Of a stretch of 64,000 nucleotides of DNA, positions 55,548-64,000 are shown in pieces. A program made the translations under genes and the position numbers. The first letter of the stretch is position 1; each line of letters begins with the position of its first letter. Origin of the DNA: a virus (Duplodnaviria; Caudoviricetes); the IMG/VR virus record IMGVR_UViG_3300002026_000006, positions 26,342 to 90,341 of that record; one strand, 5' to 3'. The notes under the pieces are model-generated. The model did not search any database, had not been told where the DNA came from, and saw nothing but the letters and a program-made list of their open reading frames with translations.

Positions 55548-56267
55548 ATGGCAATTATCACTAGAGCTTCAAAAGGTTCTGAATTAACTCACGGCGAAAT
55601 GGACACCAATCTAACAGATTTGCGTGATCGTCCAGATATTATCGTTCGACCAAAAACCAAAGGCTGGGGCACAAAAGTAGATTTATCGACACCTACTTGG
55701 CCTTGGCGTGATCTTGAGGGGCATGTAACACCTAGGGCATCTGCACCAAATGCAGCAACATTGGAGTTATATCAGGGTAGTGTTAGAGAATGGTCATTCG
55801 CTGTTAATGACGTTGTTGATAATAGATTTCATATACCACATGATTATGTTCATGGTACTGATTTATATTATCACGTTCATTGGTCCCATATTGGAACTGC
55901 AATTAGCGGTAATATTGGATTCACAATAAAGCATTTATATGCTAAAGGGCACGATCAAGCTTCATTTTCTCCAGAAAAAACTTTAGTTTTTCCATTAGTT
56001 CCAACTCCAAATATTGCTACTATACCTCAATATAGGCACATGATTACTGAAGTCAGATTATCTGCTGCGTCTCCATCAGCATCTGAAATAGATAGTGATG
56101 ATATCGAAGTCGATGGTTTGATATTAATTAATATGGCAGTAAGTACCGTACCTACAATAACTGGGTCTTTGGGCAATATCAATCGACCATTTATTCATGC
56201 AGTAGATATACATTACCAAAGTACAGAAATAGGCACAAAGGGTAAAGCCCCCGATTTCTGGGCGTAA
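55548..56267 (+). CDS. Structural protein
   Basis: ITRASKGSELTHGEMDTNL fibre-type N-terminus; FHIPHDY..GT....HVHW jelly-roll; GATAAATA at 55517-55524. Confidence 0.65.
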   Translation: MAIITRASKGSELTHGEMDTNLTDLRDRPDIIVRPKTKGWGTKVDLSTPTWPWRDLEGHVTPRASAPNAATLELYQGSVREWSFAVNDVVDNRFHIPHDYVHGTDLYYHVHWSHIGTAISGNIGFTIKHLYAKGHDQASFSPEKTLVFPLVPTPNIATIPQYRHMITEVRLSAASPSASEIDSDDIEVDGLILINMAVSTVPTITGSLGNINRPFIHAVDIHYQSTEIGTKGKAPDFWA

Positions 56268-56270
56268 GCA

Positions 56271-56975
56271 GTGAGTAATTATGTAGCAGCAGGTTATGTC
56301 TCCAACGGATATATAGGTGATTCTAATTCATTCGGTGGAATAAACTTCGATCCTGTTTCTAAAAGAATTATACTTTCAACAACTAACATATCTGCGACTG
56401 AAATTTATAGTAGGTCAGTTGATTGGTTAGCAGCATCTGATAATGTGAAATATGGCGCAGTGTTTAGGCAAGTAGGTGGTGATGATCTTGGTGATGGTTT
56501 GTCAATTCCGCCTTATTTTTTCTTGCAGGGTTTATGGCGCATCCGTCCGATGGAAGCAAATCATACTCTGACAATCACAGGAAATCTTTTCGTTGATGGT
56601 GGCGGAGATACAACAGTACCAACATTAGGGATTTTTAATGTCTTGGTGAAATCTGTTGTTCCTGTGCAAGCTCAAGGAATTTCAACTTCTGGTGGTTCAG
56701 GAACAACAATAACAGCTGCAGAAATTCGTCAAGAGATTGATTTGAATTCTACTAAGCTTAACTCGATTCAAAACTCCATTGATAATATTTCAGTGTCTGG
56801 TTTGACCCCAACACAGGCTAACATGTTACTTTCGATGTATGAAATTTTAGGGCTAGACCCAACAAAACCATTGGTAGTATCAAAATCAGGAGCATACACA
56901 GGATCAAGAATTGCTGGAACTATCCAACAGGCAATCACTGGATCAGACACACAAACAATTGTAACGAGAATATAG
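56271..56975 (+). CDS. Structural/hypothetical protein
   Basis: YV..GYV N-terminus, YFFLQG.WRIRP.E..H.L...GNL; GTG start. Confidence 0.65.
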   Translation: MSNYVAAGYVSNGYIGDSNSFGGINFDPVSKRIILSTTNISATEIYSRSVDWLAASDNVKYGAVFRQVGGDDLGDGLSIPPYFFLQGLWRIRPMEANHTLTITGNLFVDGGGDTTVPTLGIFNVLVKSVVPVQAQGISTSGGSGTTITAAEIRQEIDLNSTKLNSIQNSIDNISVSGLTPTQANMLLSMYEILGLDPTKPLVVSKSGAYTGSRIAGTIQQAITGSDTQTIVTRI

Positions 56976-56976
56976 C

Positions 56977-57327
56977 ATGATTTATTTTTTATATAGCATA
57001 TTATCAATTTTATTATCTCTTTGGCTACTATGGTATTTCTATATCATAGTCATGGGATTATATCGTGCCCAATTGAATGGGCAACTCAGTATGTCTTCTA
57101 AAATACTTGGTGCTCCAGCTATTGTTATTGGAGTTATTCTAGATTGGGCAATCAATTTTACGGTTGCTACGATCATTTTTAGAGAATTTCCTAAATCAAA
57201 ATCTGAATTAGTTACTCAACGTCTAAGTCGATACATCACTGAAACAGGGTGGAAACATAAATATGCAAGTTTTGTTTGTAACCATATTTTAGATGTTTTT
57301 GACCCAACAGGAACTCATTGCAAGTGA
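56977..57327 (+). CDS. Conserved phage membrane protein
   Basis: Two hydrophobic helices; E.VT.RL.RY...W...A..VC..LD.FDP.G.HC. Confidence 0.65.
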   Translation: MIYFLYSILSILLSLWLLWYFYIIVMGLYRAQLNGQLSMSSKILGAPAIVIGVILDWAINFTVATIIFREFPKSKSELVTQRLSRYITETGWKHKYASFVCNHILDVFDPTGTHCK

Positions 57328-57701
57328 TAGATACTTTTCAGATTGCAACCGATGGTATAAATCCTAAATGGACTCCTTGGTTAATAGCTCTTAATGGGTT
57401 TGGTTTTGATGTAGAGATTGTTGTTCCACCAATTCCACCAGGTACAAGCAATTCTGGTGGTGGATGGTGGAAAGATACTACATCATGGGAAATTGCCCAA
57501 CCTTACATAATCACTGTAAGAGTTAGATATAAGGGCAAAACTTGGGAACAAAAACAGAGTGTTAGTTTGTTGGTGGCTAGATCGCTAGAAAAGGTTTTGG
57601 TTTCATTTAGAAGGATGACTACAAGGATAGTCGATATATCCACAAAGTTTAAAGCTATGATAACAAAGACTATAGCAGTAGTCACAAAATTCAAACGATA
57701 A
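57318..57701 (+). CDS. Hypothetical protein
   Basis: IDTFQIATDG...GGGGW; start is 57318 (TTG) or 57324 (GTG). Confidence 0.55.
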   Translation: MQVIDTFQIATDGINPKWTPWLIALNGFGFDVEIVVPPIPPGTSNSGGGWWKDTTSWEIAQPYIITVRVRYKGKTWEQKQSVSLLVARSLEKVLVSFRRMTTRIVDISTKFKAMITKTIAVVTKFKR

Positions 57702-57726
57702 ATATTAATAATACTAGGAGATAATA

Positions 57727-58128
57727 ATGGCATCAGTAAAACAATTTAACAAAAATCTAAGCGAATCGATAAACCAAGGATCGGATTTAAAATATTTCAT
57801 CAAAAATATTATAAGTGAAGCAGTAAATCCTTCTGAAACTTTTGGTGCTGCTAGAGATATATTGGGTGGTGGTTCATTTGCTCCAAATGTTGCATTACAC
57901 AGAGGCAAGGATGCGGAAACTAGCGCCAAAATTCACAAAGATTTTGTTCATGGGTTTCTTTTAGATTCTGGATATAAATTAAAAGGCACTAACAAAGACG
58001 AGCACGGCGAATATTCCCATTATGCACATAAAGATGGGTCTAAAGTTAAATTAAATTCTGGCGTGGCTAATAGAAATGATAAATCTTTTGGACATTATGT
58101 TGGTTATACTCATTCCACAGGTAAATAA
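57727..58128 (+). CDS. His-rich late protein, candidate capsid-internal protein
   Basis: GATAAATA at 57697-57704, AGGAG RBS, LSE/ISEA sites in the N-terminus. Confidence 0.65.
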   Translation: MASVKQFNKNLSESINQGSDLKYFIKNIISEAVNPSETFGAARDILGGGSFAPNVALHRGKDAETSAKIHKDFVHGFLLDSGYKLKGTNKDEHGEYSHYAHKDGSKVKLNSGVANRNDKSFGHYVGYTHSTGK

Positions 58129-58129
58129 A

Positions 58130-58459
58130 ATGTATCAATCACTCACAGAAACCATTTCTAAAATTTCAACCTATGGCAAGAAGGCTGGCTACACTGCACA
58201 TGATCTATCAGGCGGCACGATTCAATCTAAATCTTTAGCAACGCCAAAAGCATCAGGACAAGCTTTCGATGCATTCCATAAGAAGCTAACTTCTCTAGGT
58301 TATAAAGTTACTGAAGGGTCAGAGTTTAGCACAGAAAATCATTTTAATAGGTCATATCATCACCCAGATAGACCAAGCGAAGTCGTACATTTTACTTGCA
58401 CTCATTCTAACAGAGCAGAAAACGTAAAAGACGGTGCCGCTTTTGTTGCATCAAAATAA
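58130..58459 (+). CDS. His-rich protein, candidate capsid-internal protein
   Basis: MYQSLTE start; shares H..L...GYK...HY/H.H.D pattern with the preceding gene. Confidence 0.6.
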   Translation: MYQSLTETISKISTYGKKAGYTAHDLSGGTIQSKSLATPKASGQAFDAFHKKLTSLGYKVTEGSEFSTENHFNRSYHHPDRPSEVVHFTCTHSNRAENVKDGAAFVASK

Positions 58460-58467
58460 GGATAAAA

Positions 58468-59037
58468 ATGATACTTGGTAAAATTAATTTAAATGAAGAA
58501 ACTGATCTAGATTTTGCTCTGGATATTTTTGGGACTTCTGCATCAGCGTCTAAAGCCAGATTTGTTATTGAAGGCAAAGACTTTGATGTTGCCTGTCATT
58601 GTGAAATGGTTAATGGAGAAATTAAAGCCAAGATTCCAAAACTCAAAGGGATTCTGCCTGATGGTGTTTACGAAGCAATTTTGAATGTCGAAGTTGACGG
58701 TAAGATTTTCACTCCAATGAGAGAGCAAATTGAATTAAACCCATTGGTTGAATTCGATGTTGTACCAAAGAAGCCAGTGCCAGTCAAAGAAGGCGTTAAG
58801 GTATCGATGAAAACTCAGATTGTTTCTGAAGATTTAAGAGATAAAGAAGGCGTAACAAATCTAGAATTGAATATTCAAAAGGCTATCAAAGAAGGATATG
58901 AAATTTCTAAGGTCGGTGAGCACTATATAATGAAGCAAGGCGAATTTTATGTTGGGTTGATTTCTGAAGCAAAAATATTACAAACAAACAAGAAATACCC
59001 AACTCTTTCTAGCTTAATTGATGGTTTAGCAGAGTAA
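58468..59037 (+). CDS. Conserved T4-like hypothetical protein
   Basis: LDF.LDIFGT......RFVIE....I..KIPKL.GIL..G.Y...L.V.VDG..F.P. Confidence 0.7.
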   Translation: MILGKINLNEETDLDFALDIFGTSASASKARFVIEGKDFDVACHCEMVNGEIKAKIPKLKGILPDGVYEAILNVEVDGKIFTPMREQIELNPLVEFDVVPKKPVPVKEGVKVSMKTQIVSEDLRDKEGVTNLELNIQKAIKEGYEISKVGEHYIMKQGEFYVGLISEAKILQTNKKYPTLSSLIDGLAE

Positions 59038-59222
59038 TGAGAACTGATGTTAGATATGTTTCTGAGTTTCGAGCAAAACGAGGCATCATTACCAATATCG
59101 AAAAACTAAAAGAAGTCTTATATAAGAGTAAAGAATTCGTTACTGCTAAAAAGATACTGCCAATGACTGTATATAAATCAAGGCCAGATATGGTAATTAA
59201 TAAAATAAGAAAGATAGTGTAA
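59037..59222 (+). CDS. Hypothetical protein
   Basis: 61 aa; ATG overlaps the previous TAA. Confidence 0.55.
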   Translation: MRTDVRYVSEFRAKRGIITNIEKLKEVLYKSKEFVTAKKILPMTVYKSRPDMVINKIRKIV

Positions 59223-59223
59223 C

Positions 59224-59505
59224 ATGTCATTGTCATCAAAAGACCCAAGGGAAAAAGTAGTAGTAACTTTCGATTTTAATGCTGTGCCTGAAGCTATCAG
59301 CAATCCAGTGATCAATATTTCCACGGATGGAGAAACTGATATAACAAGCATGAAAATTGGATCAGCACAAGTTTCTGGTAATATTGTAATGCAACTTTTT
59401 ACTGGCGGTGATGATGGGATTAGATATTATGTATCATGTTTAGTCGATGTTGTAGATACAGGCGAAAGATTTATTGCAAAAGATATATTATCAGTTAAAA
59501 AATAA
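59224..59505 (+). CDS. Small structural protein (KDP.E...DF motif)
   Basis: SKDPREKVVVTFDF...GG.DG..Y.V.C. Confidence 0.6.
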   Translation: MSLSSKDPREKVVVTFDFNAVPEAISNPVINISTDGETDITSMKIGSAQVSGNIVMQLFTGGDDGIRYYVSCLVDVVDTGERFIAKDILSVKK

Positions 59506-59517
59506 TTAGGAGATAAA

Positions 59518-59946
59518 ATGGCAACCTTTAACAAAATTCAAGACTTTTCAGAGCAACTTATTCGCGGTGTCCATGATTGGGATGCTCACGTATTCAAAGT
59601 TATGCTTACTTCTGCTGCGCCTTTGGTAACAAATACCATTAAAGGGAATTTGACAGACATTGCTGCTACCGGCACTTATCCTGGTGGTGGTATTGCAACG
59701 ACAATCACTTTATCGGAAACTGGCGGCACGACAACCGTTCAAGGAACTCAGGTAGTGTTTACTGCTTCTGGTGGTGTTATTGGACCATTTCAATATGTTA
59801 CTTTGTATAATGATACTGCAGCTTCGCCAGTTAAACCTTTAATCGCATTTTGGGATTATGGTTCTGCTATTACTCTTAATGATGGAGAACAATTTACGGT
59901 GAAATTTTCTAATGCCAGTCCTGGAACAATCTTTACTCTAGCATAA
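59518..59946 (+). CDS. Conserved phage structural protein
   Basis: MATFNK..DF.EQL..G.HDW....FKVMLT...FQYV.LYNDT...LIA.WDYG..ITL..GE.FT; AGGAG RBS. Confidence 0.7.
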   Translation: MATFNKIQDFSEQLIRGVHDWDAHVFKVMLTSAAPLVTNTIKGNLTDIAATGTYPGGGIATTITLSETGGTTTVQGTQVVFTASGGVIGPFQYVTLYNDTAASPVKPLIAFWDYGSAITLNDGEQFTVKFSNASPGTIFTLA

Positions 59947-59961
59947 AATTGATATCTAAGA

Positions 59962-62454
59962 ATGCCATTATATAAAGATAGGGTCTTAGAATCTACTACG
60001 ACCACTGGAATAGGAACCATAAACCTTGGTGGTGCTAGAATTGGATATCAATCTTTTTCTCAGGCATTCTCAACTGGAAATATAGTATATTATTGTATTT
60101 CTGGAGGTTCTGAGTGGGAAATTGGTTATGGCACTTTAACCACTGGCACACCTTGGACATTATCAAGAACTACCGTAGTATCATCATCGAATGCTAATGC
60201 CGCAGTTCCGTTTTCTGCTGGTACAAAAGATGTATTTTCCACAATTCCAACGGTAAATTTTGTTACTTTTGATTCTTCAGGTGTGTTAAATGTATCTGGA
60301 AACATATCATCTACAACAAGTGGATTCATCCCGGGAGTCGCTGGTGATTGGCAAAAAGCAGCACTTAAAGCAACTGGAGCATATGGTGGTGGTGTCGCTT
60401 GGGTTGATGGTGCAGCAGGTTTTGGTGCTTGGGCACAATCGAGTGGTGCTCAGTGGTGCTTGGGTTATGGTACAACGTCTGGCACTTTAACAACAGGGTT
60501 AATGCTCACAAACACTGGCGCAGTCACTTTATCAGGAACATTATTGACTGGCGAAATTACCGCAAAAGCTGCTGGCGGAGAAGGTGGTCAGATAAACTTC
60601 CAGTCTGTCGCTGGTGGTACTGGCAGCATGATTGATATTGACACTGCTAATAATCTTAGAATATATAATTCTTTAGCCACAAATACGATTTTATACACTA
60701 ATAGTTTGGAAAGAATTCGTATTAACTCTGCTGGCAATGTAGGTGTTGCTGCAACACCATCTTTGTGGGCTGGCTCAGTAATAAACTCTTTAGATGTTGG
60801 TAATAGCTCAATATCATCAAACACGAGTAATACTGTAACGTATATTTCAGCTAATACATATTATAATGGCACTAGCTGGATAGCCAAGAATACTGCTGCT
60901 GCTAATATACTTAGATTGGATTCTGGTTCTTTAAATTATCAAGTAGCGCCCAGTGTTACTGCCGGTTTAGCTCAATCATTCGTAACTAAGTTTTTTGTAG
61001 ATGGCACTACGGCATTCGTGGCTATAGGTGGACATACTAATCCTCAAGTATCCTTAGATATTTTATATGGTACAGCTAATACAGCTGGTGATCCTATAAG
61101 TGCAGGTGTAGTTAATATTGTTGGGCCAAACTGTCCAACAGCGGTTAACTATGGAAACTTGAATATTTCTACTAATGATGCATCTGCATTAGGTGTAGGT
61201 GGGAGTATATCATTTGGTGGTAGGTGGGCTGGAACTGAGCAAGCTAAATGGGCGTTTATTAGAAGCGAACCTAGTGGTGTTGGTGAATATGGCGGTAGTC
61301 TTGTTTTTGGTTCAAGAACAAATGGCGCTGGTAGTTCTGTTGAGAGACTGCGGATTACTCCTACTGGAGCATTAAGATTTGCAAATATGGTTACCACTGA
61401 TGATCATATCCAGTTATATGGTGCAGGGGCAGTTACTGGGTATGGTTTAGGGGTTGAAGGTAGTACTTTGTATTATAGAACTTATAGTAATCATAGATGG
61501 TACTTTAATAGTATTGCTAATGGAGGAACAGCTGGTGTAGGGATGCAACTATCTGGAAATAATTTAGCAGTAAGTGGGACTGTATCCTGTACTAACCTAA
61601 TTGGTGGCCTCTCATCATCTAGATCAATTGATTCCTCTAATGGTACTGCTAACGTAAATAACGCAACAGCATCTGGGTTTTATTATGGTACCAATGTAAC
61701 AGGTATGCCAGATAATGGTTGGTGGGTTTGGCAAAATAATGGTGCTGGGTGGGGCAATACATTTTCAGATGGTTATGGCTGGCAACAAACAGCATCATTC
61801 TGGTCAGATGATTTTAGAATTAGACGATTTCAGACAGGAGTATGGCAGCCGTGGGCATCTTTATTGCATAGTGGTAATGTTGGAACTTATGCTATGCCTA
61901 TTGCTGGCGGTATTATGACAGGGTTACTAGTTACAAAATATAATAGCGCTACTCTAGTTCATGAAAGTAATGACACCTCCTTTTCAGTCAGGGGAGATAC
62001 AACCCATGCAGCAGCTATGTCCTTTCATAGAGGTGGTGCATACGCTATAAATATGGGCCTAGATACAGATAATGTATTTAAGCTAGGTGGTTGGTCTGAT
62101 GGTGCCGTATTTAGGTGGACCAGCGATGGTTCAGGTAACTTTGTCGCTAGAGGTAATATAACTGCGTACTCAGATGAGAAGCTAAAAACCAATTGGTCTG
62201 AACTACCACACACATTTTTATATGATCTAGCAAAAGTTAAGGCTGGTACATATGATAGATTAGATAATAATATTAGACAAATTGGTGTTTCTGCCCAATC
62301 TTTACAAACAGTAATACCAGAAGCTGTTATTGAAGATTCTACCGGAATTTTATCAGTAGCTTATGGTAATGCTGCCTTAGTTGCTTGTGTTGAACTTGCT
62401 AAAGAGATTAAAATTTTAAAAGAAGAAATTAGATTATTAAAGGAAAGAAAATGA
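59962..62454 (+). CDS. Fibre protein with a C-terminal intramolecular chaperone (peptidase S74) domain
   Basis: KDRV.E.TTTTG.G anchor domain, ERIRINS.GNVG repeats, GNITAYSDEKLKTN...IGVSAQ.LQ.V.PEAV...SV.YG. Confidence 0.85.
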   Translation: MPLYKDRVLESTTTTGIGTINLGGARIGYQSFSQAFSTGNIVYYCISGGSEWEIGYGTLTTGTPWTLSRTTVVSSSNANAAVPFSAGTKDVFSTIPTVNFVTFDSSGVLNVSGNISSTTSGFIPGVAGDWQKAALKATGAYGGGVAWVDGAAGFGAWAQSSGAQWCLGYGTTSGTLTTGLMLTNTGAVTLSGTLLTGEITAKAAGGEGGQINFQSVAGGTGSMIDIDTANNLRIYNSLATNTILYTNSLERIRINSAGNVGVAATPSLWAGSVINSLDVGNSSISSNTSNTVTYISANTYYNGTSWIAKNTAAANILRLDSGSLNYQVAPSVTAGLAQSFVTKFFVDGTTAFVAIGGHTNPQVSLDILYGTANTAGDPISAGVVNIVGPNCPTAVNYGNLNISTNDASALGVGGSISFGGRWAGTEQAKWAFIRSEPSGVGEYGGSLVFGSRTNGAGSSVERLRITPTGALRFANMVTTDDHIQLYGAGAVTGYGLGVEGSTLYYRTYSNHRWYFNSIANGGTAGVGMQLSGNNLAVSGTVSCTNLIGGLSSSRSIDSSNGTANVNNATASGFYYGTNVTGMPDNGWWVWQNNGAGWGNTFSDGYGWQQTASFWSDDFRIRRFQTGVWQPWASLLHSGNVGTYAMPIAGGIMTGLLVTKYNSATLVHESNDTSFSVRGDTTHAAAMSFHRGGAYAINMGLDTDNVFKLGGWSDGAVFRWTSDGSGNFVARGNITAYSDEKLKTNWSELPHTFLYDLAKVKAGTYDRLDNNIRQIGVSAQSLQTVIPEAVIEDSTGILSVAYGNAALVACVELAKEIKILKEEIRLLKERK

Positions 62455-63332
62455 CCCTACCCGTATCGCCTAATATTATCACAATGAATCAGGTTAATGC
62501 TGAGTTAGGGTTAAGTGGCGCTGCAACGATTACTTTAAATGATACCTTAGTAAGAACTTTATTTGGTAAATCATCTGGTGTTATTTCTATGAGCGATGGT
62601 CATGGTAAAACTCATGTTGCCCCATCTGTTGAATATTTAGTTGTTGCCGCAGGCGGTAGTGGTGGTTCTGCTGGATATGGAGGTGGAGGTGGTGCTGGTG
62701 GTATGTTAACAGGCACTGGATATGCAGTTACAAAGGGAGTTAGTATAACTATTGTTGTGCCTGCTGGTGTTACTACAATAAGAACTAACGGGGGTAATGC
62801 TACTATGGGCACTATTGTAGCAACAGGTGGTGGTGGTGGTGGTGACGATTATTATGGTCGTCCAGGTCTAGACGGAGGTTCTGGTGGTGGTGGCGGTACT
62901 ACAAATTACGGAATTAATGCTCCTGGCGGTGCTGGTATTGCTGGACAAGGTAATAGAGGTGGCAATAATACTGGAGGGTATTTTAGACGTGTTTCTGGGG
63001 GTGGTGCCGGTGGCCCTGGTGTTGATAATAATGGAAATTATGATAATGTTGGTGGTTTAGGACTATCAAACAGTATAACTGGCACTAGCGTAACATACGC
63101 TACAGGTGGTCCTTCTATTAACTTTACTGTTCCCGTTCCTAATAGTGGAAATGGGGGATGCACTGCATCCAACTTTGTGTCTCATGGTTCTGCATCTGGT
63201 GTAGTAATTATCCGTTATCCAAATACATACCCAGACCCTACTTCAGTATCTGGAACACCTGATATAACAAATACAGGTGGTTACAAAATATATAAGTGGA
63301 CTAACATAGGAACGTGGCAAATAACATTTTAG
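62451..63332 (+). CDS. Glycine-rich adhesin (gp38-like)
   Basis: MTLP....I.M.QVN.ELG.S....I.LND..VR.L N-terminus, VEYLVVAAGG.GG, polyglycine tracts, G.SGVVIIRYP. Confidence 0.75.
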   Translation: MTLPVSPNIITMNQVNAELGLSGAATITLNDTLVRTLFGKSSGVISMSDGHGKTHVAPSVEYLVVAAGGSGGSAGYGGGGGAGGMLTGTGYAVTKGVSITIVVPAGVTTIRTNGGNATMGTIVATGGGGGGDDYYGRPGLDGGSGGGGGTTNYGINAPGGAGIAGQGNRGGNNTGGYFRRVSGGGAGGPGVDNNGNYDNVGGLGLSNSITGTSVTYATGGPSINFTVPVPNSGNGGCTASNFVSHGSASGVVIIRYPNTYPDPTSVSGTPDITNTGGYKIYKWTNIGTWQITF

Positions 63333-63341
63333 GAGAATATT

Positions 63342-64000
63342 ATGCAATTTACATATAAAATAGAAAATTATTACCCATCGGAAAATAGATTATTTGTGAT
63401 TTATACTCCATCTGATACAGCATTAGAACCATATGGGGCATGGGTTAGTATTAACGCAGACATGAACGAATCTCAAATTAAAGATGCGATAGTATATAAT
63501 CTTCCAACATATAAATGGTTATCTACAAAATCTGTAATAGCAGAGAGTTTAGTTGGAGCAACCGAAACAGCAACAAAAGCAGATGAACCGTTAGCTCCGC
63601 CTATAGTTATACCTTCTACAGTGCCACAAATAACCGAATATCAAAAGATAATCGAAGGTACTCCGGGGGTAAGAAATGATGGCAATTATACCCAAGTATG
63701 GATTGTGCAAGATTTAGTTGGTGATGAGTTATTAGCTGCCCAAGCTAATCACGAAGAAAATAGAAAAGCCATGTTATGGGGATCAGCACATAATGTAGAA
63801 TTCAATGCTATTTCAGGATCGGCTATTGGTCTAATTACTATGGGTGTTCTAGCTGAAAAACCTAAATGTCTTGCAGTACAAGCATGGATTCAAACCCTAT
63901 GGGCTGAATACTATGTAAGAAAAGCAACAGCATCAGAGAATTATGATTTCTCTGCTTATAACAATTGCCCTCATACAGTTCCAGAGCTAATGGCCGAACT
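63342..64000 (+). CDS. Tail fibre chaperone-like protein, 3'-truncated by the window edge
   Basis: AGGAG RBS, ATG at 63342, frame open to the end (MQFTYKIENYYPSENRLFVIYTP...P.I.E.Q.....P......Y.Q.W.V). Confidence 0.6.
   Translation, partial: MQFTYKIENYYPSENRLFVIYTPSDTALEPYGAWVSINADMNESQIKDAIVYNLPTYKWLSTKSVIAESLVGATETATKADEPLAPPIVIPSTVPQITEYQKIIEGTPGVRNDGNYTQVWIVQDLVGDELLAAQANHEENRKAMLWGSAHNVEFNAISGSAIGLITMGVLAEKPKCLAVQAWIQTLWAEYYVRKATASENYDFSAYNNCPHTVPELMAE

Noticed and set aside
45385-64000. Diversity-generating retroelement targeting the fibres or adhesins
   Set aside because: No reverse transcriptase and no template/variable repeat pair differing at adenines was seen in the window; one elsewhere in the genome cannot be excluded
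1-64000. Stop-codon reassignment or inteins
   Set aside because: Core genes (ligases, gp32, gp5-gp8) translate full length in the standard code with normal sizes and no intein motifs. The two disruptions found are frame changes, not in-frame stops.

Overview
This is a 64-kb, AT-rich segment of a T4-like (Tevenvirinae/Kyanoviridae-type architecture) myovirus genome, read with the standard genetic code. Positions 1-15.5 kb are an early/replication region: a truncated radical SAM gene, two different RNA ligases, DNA ligase gp30, a WGR-domain protein, a metallophosphoesterase, a frameshifted P-loop kinase, a small zinc deaminase and gp33-gp59-gp32. Antisense, late-promoter-driven genes (a small protein, a GIY-YIG and an HNH endonuclease) interrupt this region. 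Positions 15.5-22 kb are a minus-strand hub/tail-tube block (gp29 tape measure-like, gp51, gp26, gp54, gp2, gp4) containing a second GIY-YIG gene. Positions 22-45 kb are the baseplate block (gp48, 53, 27-like, 5, 25, 6, 7, 8, VrlC-like). Positions 45-64 kb hold fibre, adhesin, chaperone, membrane and candidate capsid-internal protein genes. The most unusual element is the only long non-coding stretch (about 12.55-13.34 kb). It contains a 25-bp perfect inverted repeat nested in further palindromes and a ~330-nt multi-hairpin, pseudoknot-capable sequence, with late-promoter motifs pointing through it toward an HNH gene. Other notable points are a P2/lambda-type -1 slippery site that would fuse gp26 to gp51 just upstream of the tape measure gene, a gp5 carrying two different peptidoglycan-hydrolase domains, and a split RNA heal-and-seal gene set. 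No tRNA, rRNA, CRISPR array, integrase or reverse transcriptase was recognised. All family assignments come from motif recognition by eye, not from database searches.
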